Source: Burkholderiales bacterium (GTDB lineage Bacteria; Pseudomonadota; Gammaproteobacteria; Burkholderiales; JBBRTU01). Taken from it: a stretch of 64,000 nucleotides of DNA. Positions 18,009-27,453 of the stretch are shown here, piece by piece (the first letter of the stretch is position 1; every line of letters begins with the position of its first letter). Both the position numbers and the translations under genes were made by a program. Below the pieces are notes generated by a model that was not told the DNA's origin, searched no databases, and saw nothing but the letters and a program-made list of their open reading frames with translations. The stretch covers positions 71,647 through 135,646 of the forward strand of contig JBBRTU010000003.1 in NCBI GenBank assembly GCA_038244115.1. Reading direction: 5' to 3'.

Positions 18009-21000
18009 ATGTTTGACTGGATCATTCGCTGGTCTTTGCATAACCGGTTGCCGGTGTTGTTGCTCTATGGCTTGCTGGCAGTGGCGGCGCTGATCGTAGC
18101 GGGACGCATGGCGGTCGATGTGTTTCCGGAATTCGCCCCGCCGCAGGTACAGATTCAAACCGAGGCGCCCGGTTACTCGGCTTCCGACGTCGAAGCGCTC
18201 GTCACGCGGCCGATTGAAGTCACGGTGCAAGGTGCACCCTTCATCGAGCACATTCGCTCCAATTCCTCGGTCGGCTTATCGCGCATCACCATTGTGTTCA
18301 AGTGGGGCGTGGATATTTACCGCGCGCGGCAGATCATCCAGGAGCGCCTGCAACTCGCGCAGAATCAATTGCCTTCGGCGGCGCTGACACCGCAATTGAT
18401 GCCGGTGACCTCGGCGGTGAGCTGGCTGCTCAAGTTCGCGCTGGTGGATTGGTCTGGCCAAAATCGCGAGCACGAATTGCGGGCGCTGGTGGATTGGGAT
18501 TTCCGCAACCGCCTGCTGGCGCAGCCGGGCGTCGCCTCTGTAGTGGCGGTCGGCGGCGGGGTCAAGCAATACCAAGTCATGATGGACCCCATCCGCATGC
18601 GCAAGCTCAGCGTCTCGGTAGATGACATCGGGCGCGCGGTGCGTGCCGCTAACGCTGCTGCGCCGGGCGGCTTCGTGTACCCGACGGCAGAAGAAGAATA
18701 TTTCCTGCGCGCCAATGGCTGGGTGAAGACCTTGCCGGATTTGAGCAACACCCTGGTGCTGCTGCGTGAAGGCCAGCCGATCCGCTTGTCGGATGTCGCG
18801 GATATCCAGCTCGGCAGCGAGATTAAGCGCGGCGACGGGCAGATGTATGGCGGCCCGGCCATTATCGCCACCGTGTCCAAGCTGTGGGGCGCGGATACAC
18901 TGGATACCACGCACCGCATTGAAAAAGTGCTGGCGCAACTGGGCGCGAATCTGCCCAAGGATGTGCAGCTCATTCCCAATGTATTCCGCCAGGCAAGTTT
19001 TATCGAAGCCTCCATCACTAACTTGAAAGATGCGCTGCTGCATTCGTCGATTATTGTGGCGCTGGTGTTGCTGCTATTTTTGTTCCGCTGGCGGCCCACC
19101 GTCATCAGCTTGATCGCGATCCCCACTTCCTTACTGGCGGGTGTGTTGGTGTTGTGGGCCTTCGATGCCAGCATTAATGCGTTGACCTTGGGCGGCTTGG
19201 TATTCGCCATTGGCGAGGTGGTCGACGATGCGATCATCGACGTGGAAAATATCCTGCGCCGCTTGCGTGAAAACAAGGCTGCCGCCAAGCCGCTTGCCGC
19301 GCTGGAAATTATCTACGAAGGATCGCGCGAGATTCGCAACTCAGTGGTGTTCGCCACTTTCATTATCATCGTGGCGTTCATGCCGATCTTTTTCCTGGAA
19401 GGCATCGAGGGCCGCATTTTCCGCCCCTTGGCATTCTCCTATATCGCCGCCATCGGCAGTTCGCTGTTGGTGGCGATTACCCTGATTCCCGTGCTCTGCT
19501 ACTACTTGATGGGCCGCACCCAGACTCAGTTGTCTTTCGATTTAAGCCCCATCTCCAAACACGTGCTGGTTTGGTATCGCGCGTTTCTGGCGCGCTGGCT
19601 TGACCGCCCGCTGCCCGTGATGAGCGCATTTCTAGTGTTGTTGCTCGTTGCGGCGCTGTTGGTTCCGACCTTGGGGCGTTCGTTTATCCCCGTGTTTCAT
19701 GAAGGTAATCTGGTGATTGCAACCACGCTGATGCCTGGTACCTCGCTCGAAGAAAACTTGCGCGTGGGCCGTCAGATTCAAGAATCCATCGGCGCCATGC
19801 CGGAAATTGCCAGTTTCGCGCAACGCGCCGGGCGTTCGCGCTTGGACGAGGATGCGCAGCCGGTTAATTTCAGCGAGTTCGATATCACTCTGAAATCTGG
19901 TGTGGCCGATGTGCCGGGGGTGATGCGTACCATCCGCGAAAAATTGGCGCAGATTCCAGGCATGTCCGCTAACGTTTCTCAATTCATCAGCCACCGCATG
20001 TCGGAAATTTTGTCCGGGGTGCGCTCGCAAGTGGTGGTTAAACTCTATGGGCAGGAGTTCGGCGTATTGCAACAGAAACAGCAGGAAATCTACGCCGCGA
20101 TCAAGGATGTGCCGGGCATCGCCGACTTGCAAATGGAACCGATGATTCTGGTGCCGGGCATCGATATCAAAGTAAAACGCGAAGCGGCGGCGGCTTATGG
20201 CTTCACCCCGGGCGCGATAGTGGCGCAAGTGACCCAGGCCTTGAATGGCGTTGCCGTGTCGCGGGTGTTGGAGCAGGATCGCACGTTCGATATCTTCTTG
20301 CGGGTCGACGAGAATGCACGCAACAACCTGCAAGTGCTGGGCGAGCTGCCGCTGATTAGCCCCAGCGGTAGCGCCGTGCCGCTGCGCGAGCTGGCGCAAT
20401 TTGCCGGCGTGCGCGAGCCGTATATGGTTAACCGTGACGATGGCGCGCGGCGTGCGGTAGTGCAATGGAATATTTCCGGTCGCGATCTAAATAGCGTGGT
20501 AAATGACGCCATGGCGCGCATTCAGCAGAAAGTGAAGCTGCCGCCTGGCTATTCGCTGGAACTTGGCGGCGATTATGAAGGCCAACAACGGGCGACGCGT
20601 TCGTTGCTCATTTCTTCCTCTGCGGCCTTGGTGCTGATGGCGGTGATCATGTACCAAGCGTTCCGGCGCTGGTCCTTGGTGTTGCTGGTGCTGCTGAATT
20701 TGCCGCTGGCTTTGATCGGCGGCGTGATCGCCTTGGCCATTGCCGGGGAAACTATCAATGTATCGTCTTTGATCGGCATGATTGCGTTGTTCGGCGTGGC
20801 GACACGCAATAGTTTGCTGCTGATTTCGCGGCTGCAATTTTTGGCGCGGCAGGGCGCGTTGCAAGACATCACCCAGCTTGCACTTCGGGGAGCGGCAGAC
20901 CGGCTATTGCCGATCCTCATGACAGCGTTCACCGCGGCTTTAGCGGTTATTCCGCTCATTCTCGGCAACCCGGTTGGTAAGGAGTTGGAGCGGCCTCTTG

Positions 21001-21119
21001 CCATCGTTCTGCTGGGTGGTATGCTAAGTTCGACGCTGCTAAATTTGATCGTAATTCCGACCTTGTTTGCCTGGATGGCGCGGCGCTGGCCGCAACGTTT
21101 TATACCGGCTTCAGCCTAG
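18009..21119 (+). CDS. CusA/CzcA-family heavy-metal RND transporter
   Basis: 1036 aa; DVFPEFAPPQVQIQTEAPG, VVDDAIIDVEN, EGRIFRPLA, RLLPILMTA motifs. Confidence 0.92.
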   Translation: MFDWIIRWSLHNRLPVLLLYGLLAVAALIVAGRMAVDVFPEFAPPQVQIQTEAPGYSASDVEALVTRPIEVTVQGAPFIEHIRSNSSVGLSRITIVFKWGVDIYRARQIIQERLQLAQNQLPSAALTPQLMPVTSAVSWLLKFALVDWSGQNREHELRALVDWDFRNRLLAQPGVASVVAVGGGVKQYQVMMDPIRMRKLSVSVDDIGRAVRAANAAAPGGFVYPTAEEEYFLRANGWVKTLPDLSNTLVLLREGQPIRLSDVADIQLGSEIKRGDGQMYGGPAIIATVSKLWGADTLDTTHRIEKVLAQLGANLPKDVQLIPNVFRQASFIEASITNLKDALLHSSIIVALVLLLFLFRWRPTVISLIAIPTSLLAGVLVLWAFDASINALTLGGLVFAIGEVVDDAIIDVENILRRLRENKAAAKPLAALEIIYEGSREIRNSVVFATFIIIVAFMPIFFLEGIEGRIFRPLAFSYIAAIGSSLLVAITLIPVLCYYLMGRTQTQLSFDLSPISKHVLVWYRAFLARWLDRPLPVMSAFLVLLLVAALLVPTLGRSFIPVFHEGNLVIATTLMPGTSLEENLRVGRQIQESIGAMPEIASFAQRAGRSRLDEDAQPVNFSEFDITLKSGVADVPGVMRTIREKLAQIPGMSANVSQFISHRMSEILSGVRSQVVVKLYGQEFGVLQQKQQEIYAAIKDVPGIADLQMEPMILVPGIDIKVKREAAAAYGFTPGAIVAQVTQALNGVAVSRVLEQDRTFDIFLRVDENARNNLQVLGELPLISPSGSAVPLRELAQFAGVREPYMVNRDDGARRAVVQWNISGRDLNSVVNDAMARIQQKVKLPPGYSLELGGDYEGQQRATRSLLISSSAALVLMAVIMYQAFRRWSLVLLVLLNLPLALIGGVIALAIAGETINVSSLIGMIALFGVATRNSLLLISRLQFLARQGALQDITQLALRGAADRLLPILMTAFTAALAVIPLILGNPVGKELERPLAIVLLGGMLSSTLLNLIVIPTLFAWMARRWPQRFIPASA

Positions 21120-21175
21120 CCAGACTGTGTGCCTAGAATTTAACCGTACGCGGCGCGTACACTGGAATCTCACTT

Positions 21176-23827
21176 ATGCTGGTTAAGACATCACGTTATG
21201 CGTTGCCGGCGCTTTCGTCTCTGACGAGGAGACCTCGTGTGCATCGCGATCCGCTGGAGATCGGTTTAGGCATCTGGGTGGCCGTGCTGGTGTTGTTTCC
21301 GGTACTGATGTTTCGCAGCATCAATCCAGAGATACTCAATACACTTTATATCGAGCCCAAGGCGCACTGGCTGGTCGAGATTTTTTGCGGCTTTGTCGCT
21401 GGCTTGATTGCTTGCCTGATCGGCGCGGTGGCTATTCGCCGGCGCGAACGTGCGCTGTGGCTATTCGCCGGCGCATTTATTGCTATGGCATCGCTGGACA
21501 TCCTCCATGCGTTCACCAACCCGGTGGACGCATCCGAGAGCTTCGTCGCCTTTCACACCGCTTCTACATTGGCAGGTGGAGCACTCATTACGCTGGGACT
21601 CATGCAGCAAATAAGACGCGTTTACCGGCTGACGGTAAACGACGTGAAATGGATTTTAGTTGGCCTGCTGTTCATGTTTGGAGTGGCGGTACTATATCGA
21701 TCCGTGCTGCCCGGTTATATCGTGCACGAGCCGTTGGAGGTTTATCGGTTCTCCGCCCAAGTGCACTTTTCCCATGGCCTGGCCGCGCTGCTTTATGCCA
21801 TCTCCGCGCTGCTGCTCTATAAAATTTACCGCGAAACCAGACATGTGTTGATGTTGGTGGTAGGGAGCTTTTTGCTGCTATTTGCGCAGAGCGCGCTCCT
21901 GTTTGGTTTTTCCAATATGTGGGATTTCCCCTGGTGGCTGTGGCATGGCGTCAAGGTTCTGTTCTATTTGGGGATGCTGGTCAGTCTGGCGGTGGGATTT
22001 CTCTTGGCGCTAGACGCCACGCAGCGCTCCCATGCCATGATTGTGCGTGCGAACATCCGAATTAAACGCTCCCAGCGCAAGATCCATAAAACCAATCGCG
22101 AACTACATACACGCAATCGCATGGTGCTGGAAGCGATTGGCGCGCTCGATGTTCCGCATGCATTGGAGGTCATCGGTCACGCGGTAAGCGAACAAATTGG
22201 GTTCAGTACCTATGAGTTGGTGCTGTTGGTTCCCGAGGACAGAGTGGCCGAATTAGCGCGCAGCCCGCGCTTCGCCGGATCCCGGCATCCAATCCGGGTG
22301 GAAGCTGAGAGCGCCACGCTCCCGGCGCACTGCCGATCCAAAGATCTGGTATGGACTTGTGTCGGCGTTGCGCGCGAGTCATCCTGGACTTGCCTTGATC
22401 TGGTGGCCCATGGCAATCGATTCGGCTATCTCAAGTTTTCGGGTGTCGCGCCAGAGGCGCTCGCGGCTTCGCATACTGAACTGAGCGCGCTGGCTTCGGA
22501 GGCAGGCCCGATTATCTATAACGCCTTGCTTTATCTCGATTGGCAGCAAGAAAACGCTTTCCGTGCCGCACTGTTACGCGTATCGACGATGTTGACTTCG
22601 ACGCTGGATCTGAGCGCCGTGCTATCGGCGGTCTGCCAGGAAAGCGCTGCACTGCTGGAGGCCGATGGTGCCGTGGTGTGGCTGCCGAATGACGCGGATG
22701 GCGCTTTCTCTATCGCGGCCCGTTGGTTCAATGTAAATCGCGATGGCTCATGTGAGCAGGCCCAGGCATGGTGCAAGGATGGCAAGTTGTGCGCCCAATT
22801 ACTCGCCGAGATCAATGGACAGTATCAGCCGCGGGCTTGGGCCATCGGGCCGGGTGGTGCAAGGGACGGGCTGGACGCGTATGGCCAAGATAAAGCGATT
22901 GCGCTGTTTCCATTGGTGGACGAAAACCAGCTCATCGGCGTAATGATGTTGGTGCGTAAAGCGTTAATACCTTTCAGCCAGATGACGCTCTCCAAAGGTG
23001 AGTTGCTCGCTGGCCAGGTGCGGATCGCGATCAGCAATGCAAGCAGTTACCGGAAAGTGGCTGAGATCAACCAGCAACTAGTGCTCGCGGAGGCCACCAA
23101 AATTCGCAGCGAGCGTCTTGCCGCGCTGGGGCAAATGGCGGCGTCGGTGGCGCACGAAGTCAGAAATCCCCTGAGCGCAATCGCCAACTGCGTGTCGGTG
23201 CTGAAAGCGGATTGCCCGCCCAATGGCAGGGCGCACACAGCGTTGGAGATTATCGAGGATGAAGTGTTTCGCCTGGATAAATTGACGCGTGATTTTCTTA
23301 CTTTTGGTAAGCCGCGTCCCGCCTCGCGTGACCCCGTGATCATGGAGGTTTTGTTGTACAAAGTCTGCGGTGCCTTGGAACATCACATCGAACGCGAAGG
23401 TATGTCCATCCAGGTCGACGTCGTGGTGCGCAATGGCGGAGGCGTGTTGATGTTCGATGCCGATGCGCTGGAAATGGTGCTGTGGAATTTGTTGCTGAAC
23501 GCGGCCCAGGCAATCCCGGGACGCGGTCGGATAAAAGCCAGTCTCACGATACGTCCGGGGTATTTGTTTTTTGCTATTACAGATACGGGCAAAGGCGTTT
23601 CGCTCGAAGAACGTAAGCGCATATTCGAGCCTTTCTACACTCAGCGTTCACATGGCGCGGGGTTGGGCTTGGCGATTGTGCAGCGCTTCGTCCAGGACTG
23701 GCGCGGCCGGATTCGCATTCTGAGCGTGCCAGGGCGCGGCACGACGTTCTTGTTGATGATTCCGATACCGAACCAACCAGTCGGTACGATGGAGCCCCAA
23801 TTTGGCTATGCGAATATTATTAGTTGA
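21176..23827 (+). CDS. Membrane sensor histidine kinase (multi-TM MASE-like input, GAF domains, HisKA/HATPase)
   Basis: ~8 TM helices incl. SLDILH; GAF-like STLDLSAVL; H-box AHEVRNPL; NLLLNAAQA; DTGKG; GAGLGL. Confidence 0.88.
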   Translation: MLVKTSRYALPALSSLTRRPRVHRDPLEIGLGIWVAVLVLFPVLMFRSINPEILNTLYIEPKAHWLVEIFCGFVAGLIACLIGAVAIRRRERALWLFAGAFIAMASLDILHAFTNPVDASESFVAFHTASTLAGGALITLGLMQQIRRVYRLTVNDVKWILVGLLFMFGVAVLYRSVLPGYIVHEPLEVYRFSAQVHFSHGLAALLYAISALLLYKIYRETRHVLMLVVGSFLLLFAQSALLFGFSNMWDFPWWLWHGVKVLFYLGMLVSLAVGFLLALDATQRSHAMIVRANIRIKRSQRKIHKTNRELHTRNRMVLEAIGALDVPHALEVIGHAVSEQIGFSTYELVLLVPEDRVAELARSPRFAGSRHPIRVEAESATLPAHCRSKDLVWTCVGVARESSWTCLDLVAHGNRFGYLKFSGVAPEALAASHTELSALASEAGPIIYNALLYLDWQQENAFRAALLRVSTMLTSTLDLSAVLSAVCQESAALLEADGAVVWLPNDADGAFSIAARWFNVNRDGSCEQAQAWCKDGKLCAQLLAEINGQYQPRAWAIGPGGARDGLDAYGQDKAIALFPLVDENQLIGVMMLVRKALIPFSQMTLSKGELLAGQVRIAISNASSYRKVAEINQQLVLAEATKIRSERLAALGQMAASVAHEVRNPLSAIANCVSVLKADCPPNGRAHTALEIIEDEVFRLDKLTRDFLTFGKPRPASRDPVIMEVLLYKVCGALEHHIEREGMSIQVDVVVRNGGGVLMFDADALEMVLWNLLLNAAQAIPGRGRIKASLTIRPGYLFFAITDTGKGVSLEERKRIFEPFYTQRSHGAGLGLAIVQRFVQDWRGRIRILSVPGRGTTFLLMIPIPNQPVGTMEPQFGYANIIS

Positions 23828-25184
23828 CGACCAGCGCAGCCTGCGCCGCAGCCTAGCGCTGATGCTGCAAAATGCGGGTTATGACACGGCTGACGCGGCC
23901 AGTGGCGAGGCGGCCTTGGCTTTGCTTGCGGGCGCGCCATTCGATTTGGTAATTAGCGATTTGCGCATGGAAGGCATGTCGGGGATCGATTTGCTGCGCG
24001 AAATTAAACAGATCCAACCCGGGCTTCCAGTCATCCTGATCACTGCCTACGGCAGCATTGAAACCGCAGTGGATGCGATGCGGCTGGGGGCGTTTGATTA
24101 TTTGGCCAAGCCTTTCAGTGAACGCGACATTCTCGACAAAATTCACGCCAGCCAAGTGATGCGGGTCATTTCTCCCGTCAGCGGTCAGACGCACTCCCGG
24201 CCGATCGAGGACGAAATCGTGGCGACAACGCCACCCATGCGCGCTTTACTGATTAAAATCGGACGGCTGGCCTATACCGATATCAGCGTACTGATTACCG
24301 GCGAAACCGGTACCGGCAAGACCAAAATCGCGCGCTTGATCCACGAACATAGTCATCGCAACGGCAAGCCTTTCGTTAGCATCAATTGCGCGAGCGTGCC
24401 GGAACAATTGTTGGAGAGCGAGTTATTCGGTCATATGCGCGGCAGTTTCACCGGCGCCACGGACTCGCGTGCCGGGCTGTTCGAAGAAGCGGACCAGGGC
24501 ACTATTTTCCTCGATGAAATCGACACGCTCTCTCCTGCGATGCAGGCAAAGTTACTCAGCGTTTTGCAAGACCGGCAAATCCGTCGCGTCGGATCGAACA
24601 AGCCGAAGACGATGGATGTGCGCGTGATTTCCGCCTCGAATCAAGACCTGGGCAATTTCATTGATCGCGGACATTTTCGTTCCGACCTGTACTTTCGCAT
24701 CAACGGCGTGCGCCTGCAATTACCCCCCTTGCGCGAGCGCTTGGAGGATTTGCGCCTGCTGTTGGAAGTCTTTATCAAACGCTACGGACGCAAGTATGGG
24801 CGCCACGGTCTGCACATTACGGCCCGCGCCATGACGCACGTCATGGCCTACCCCTATCCGGGCAATGTCCGCCAGCTTGAGAATTTTGTGGAGCAAATGG
24901 TGGTGTTCGCGGATGAAGCGGGCGCCATCGATCTCGATACGCTGCCAGAGGATTTGCTGCAGTACCGTCCGCAGGCGGTGGAGCATATGGCACCGCCTGA
25001 AGCGGTAGCCGTGGGTACGTTTGCCGGATCTGAGCGCGCCCTCATCGAGAATGCGCTGCGCAAATATCCCCACCTTTCAGATGCGGCACGAGAGTTGGGA
25101 ATCGGCCGTACGACGCTGTGGCGCAAGATACGCGAATACAATATTGCACGCCCTGCTGGCGGAGAGTTGAAACGCGGTATTTAA
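23808..25184 (+). CDS. Sigma54-dependent response regulator (AtoC/ZraR/NtrC type)
   Basis: Receiver LLVDD...SDLRM...KPF; GETGTGKT; GSFTGA; YPGNVRQL; HTH LGIGRTTLWRK. Confidence 0.92.
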   Translation: MRILLVDDQRSLRRSLALMLQNAGYDTADAASGEAALALLAGAPFDLVISDLRMEGMSGIDLLREIKQIQPGLPVILITAYGSIETAVDAMRLGAFDYLAKPFSERDILDKIHASQVMRVISPVSGQTHSRPIEDEIVATTPPMRALLIKIGRLAYTDISVLITGETGTGKTKIARLIHEHSHRNGKPFVSINCASVPEQLLESELFGHMRGSFTGATDSRAGLFEEADQGTIFLDEIDTLSPAMQAKLLSVLQDRQIRRVGSNKPKTMDVRVISASNQDLGNFIDRGHFRSDLYFRINGVRLQLPPLRERLEDLRLLLEVFIKRYGRKYGRHGLHITARAMTHVMAYPYPGNVRQLENFVEQMVVFADEAGAIDLDTLPEDLLQYRPQAVEHMAPPEAVAVGTFAGSERALIENALRKYPHLSDAARELGIGRTTLWRKIREYNIARPAGGELKRGI

Positions 25185-25210
25185 GCCCGCTTCTAATTTT
25201 TTCCATCTCC

Positions 25211-25226
25211 TGGCACGGACATTGCT
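25211..25226 (+). promoter_or_regulatory. Sigma54 promoter of DUF302 (-sodC)
   Basis: TGGCAC-GGACA-TTGCT with exact spacing. Confidence 0.78.
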
Positions 25227-25272
25227 GGCCTCCTCCTTAGTGGTACATTTTGTTTCAAGGGAGATTGTCCGG

Positions 25273-25806
25273 ATGAAGCATTTCTTAACAATATACTTTT
25301 CCAACTTACGCCGCCTGCTCATGCTGCTGGCGGTACTGGCTTGCGCGGGTGTTGTCACCGATGTAGCGGCGGGCGACAGCGCTGTGATGACCACCACCCG
25401 CATCAAGTACCAAGTGGAACTCAAAGACAATATCGAGTCGGTCAAGCAGTCCTTGGTCTCCGCCTTGGAGGCGAAAAATTACATGATCATCAACGTGCTG
25501 AACGTGCAAGAAGCCTTGCAGGGACGGGGTATCGAGACCAAGCCGGTGCAGCTCATTGAGTTTTGCAATCTGGTCAAAGCCTATGCGGTGACGCGCACGA
25601 CGCATGAGTTCGAACTGTTTGCACCGTGCCGACTGGCGTTGTTTGAGGAGAACGGGAAAACCATCGTGATGGTATTGCGCCCGTCATTTATTGCCATGAC
25701 GCTACCGAAAGAAACGCTGAGCAAGGAAGGACTGGCGGCGCTGCGCGCATTCGATCAAGACATGCGCGACATTTTGACTGCTGTCTCGCAGGGCGATTTT
25801 TTCTAG
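25273..25806 (+). CDS. Exported DUF302-domain protein
   Basis: IEFCN...LFAPCRLALFEENGKTIV...RPS pattern; hydrophobic N-terminus; start placed downstream of the sigma54 promoter. Confidence 0.75.
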   Translation: MKHFLTIYFSNLRRLLMLLAVLACAGVVTDVAAGDSAVMTTTRIKYQVELKDNIESVKQSLVSALEAKNYMIINVLNVQEALQGRGIETKPVQLIEFCNLVKAYAVTRTTHEFELFAPCRLALFEENGKTIVMVLRPSFIAMTLPKETLSKEGLAALRAFDQDMRDILTAVSQGDFF

Positions 25807-25925
25807 TTACCACGTTTCATTTTGAATCGGATATGAAACAAAGCTGGTCGATGCATGCTGATTTTTAGTGGCGCGGCTCTTAGTCTCCGCCCGTTGTGAC
25901 CTACATCAACCCCAAGGGAATCGCC

Positions 25926-26489
25926 ATGAAATTTTGTTTTGCGCCGCGCTCTGCTTGGCTACGCTTATCCCTCAGTCTTGCTACAGGTGCACTCCTGTTC
26001 GGCGGTGGCACCGCCTACGCGCATGAAGACATGACCACGGTCAGCGCCGAACTGGAGGCCAAATCGGGCAGCAAGGTAACGGGTATGCTGAAGTTCAAGG
26101 AATATGCGCCCAAAGTGCATATCACGGGCATCGTGAGCGGACTCACGCCCGGCAAGCATGGCATCCATGTGCATACCAATGGCAACTGCGACTCGCCAGA
26201 CGCGATGAGTGCAGGTGGCCACTATAGCCCATATGGCGGACGCCACAATGCGCCGACAAACCCGGACCGCCATCTCGGTGATCTCGGCAATATCGTTGCC
26301 GGCCCGGATGGAGTGGCGAATGTGGATCTGGTGGTAGAGGGCATGACGCTCGCGCTTATCGGTACCAACTCTATCATCGACCGCGCTATCGTGATTCATG
26401 CGAATGAAGACGACTTCTCCGATCCCACAGGCAACTCGGGGCCGCGAGTGGCCTGCGGCATCATCGATCAAGGCATGATGCGCATGTAA
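25926..26489 (+). CDS. sodC: Periplasmic Cu/Zn superoxide dismutase
   Basis: Metal ligands and active-site residues all present: HGIHVH, GNC, AGGHY, RH, RHLGDLGN, VIH, GNSGPRVACG. Confidence 0.93.
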   Translation: MKFCFAPRSAWLRLSLSLATGALLFGGGTAYAHEDMTTVSAELEAKSGSKVTGMLKFKEYAPKVHITGIVSGLTPGKHGIHVHTNGNCDSPDAMSAGGHYSPYGGRHNAPTNPDRHLGDLGNIVAGPDGVANVDLVVEGMTLALIGTNSIIDRAIVIHANEDDFSDPTGNSGPRVACGIIDQGMMRM

Positions 26490-26528
26490 GAAGCTGCCTT
26501 AAACCGTGCCCTGGCGAGCGGGGCCCGT

Positions 26529-26543
26529 GTTTCATGCTGAAAC
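26529..26543. promoter_or_regulatory. Putative enhancer GTTTCA-N3-TGAAAC
   Basis: Perfect palindrome ~73 bp upstream of the sigma54 promoter at 26616. Confidence 0.62.
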
Positions 26544-26615
26544 GATTTTCCTATCCGTTCATTGTGCGCGCACACGTCAGTTCCATAAGCGATTGTTTAC
26601 CATGTATTTAATAGT

Positions 26616-26631
26616 TGGCACGCCCTTTGCT
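26616..26631 (+). promoter_or_regulatory. Sigma54 promoter of the thioredoxin-like/TcDH operon
   Basis: TGGCAC-GCCCT-TTGCT consensus with exact spacing. Confidence 0.85.
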
Positions 26632-26753
26632 AAGGGTCACATGAGGGTGAATCAAAAGTGTGATTACAGAATATCCTGTTTCGCCGTCGGCTGGTCTGTT
26701 CGCTCGGGTCAAGTCAATTCGTAATTAGCAGCGTAATTTGAGGAGGAGACTTA

Positions 26754-27395
26754 ATGAATCGCGATATTCAGCTACAACGCCCAGCATGGCTGGGCATGCG
26801 GCGCAGCCAATTGGCCGCCGCTCTGGCCGCGCTAGGGTTGACCATAAGCTGCGCGCTACCCGCGCACGCCGATAGCAAGGACGGTACTTTCCCGACGGCG
26901 GAGCAAGTCGGCGGCGAAGTCTATCAGGCGCCACTCAAAATCGGTTCTATCCTGCCAACGGATTTCGAGGCCTATGACTCGCAGGCGAAGAAGGTCGACT
27001 TCGGCACGGTCATTCACGGCAAACGCTCCTTGGTGGTGTTCTTCATCTCCGCCGTGCCGGTTTCGGTGAATGAATTGAAGCGCATCGAGGAGTTCGTCGA
27101 CAAGAACGCGGCGAAGGTGAATTTGGTATTCGTCAATGCGGATACCGTCGGTGTCGCGCTGGAAGGCGGGCCGCAGAAGGCCATTAGCTCAACGGCCAGT
27201 ACCGTGCGGCTGATTGCGAAGGAGCATGGCTTGAAGCGCCCGATGTATGTCGCACCGAACGATGCCTTGAGCCCAACCGGCCTGTCCAATCGTCTTGCAT
27301 TCCGCGGTTTGCCGACGTCCTACTTAGTGAGTGATAAGGGTGCCATCGAGAAAATCTTTGTTGGCCCGCAGCAGTGGAAGAAGGGCGACATTTAA
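26754..27395 (+). CDS. Exported thioredoxin-fold (TlpA/redoxin-like) protein lacking the CxxC cysteines
   Basis: LVVFFISAVPVSVNELKRI aligns with the TlpA FWASWCPPC..E pattern; RGLPTSYLV...G.I....VGP cis-Pro region; signal peptide ending AHA; RBS gaggag. Confidence 0.75.
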   Translation: MNRDIQLQRPAWLGMRRSQLAAALAALGLTISCALPAHADSKDGTFPTAEQVGGEVYQAPLKIGSILPTDFEAYDSQAKKVDFGTVIHGKRSLVVFFISAVPVSVNELKRIEEFVDKNAAKVNLVFVNADTVGVALEGGPQKAISSTASTVRLIAKEHGLKRPMYVAPNDALSPTGLSNRLAFRGLPTSYLVSDKGAIEKIFVGPQQWKKGDI

Positions 27396-27453
27396 AGCAT
27401 TGTTCGACTCGTAACGAGTTGCGCGTTCAGTCATTATTAAGGAGGGACATCAG

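Noticed and set aside
25869-25884. Possible sigma54 promoter TGGCGC-GGCTC-TTAGT before sodC
   Set aside because: The -12 GC is missing and the site is only ~30 bp from the palindrome. It may be a decayed promoter but is not supportable as functional.
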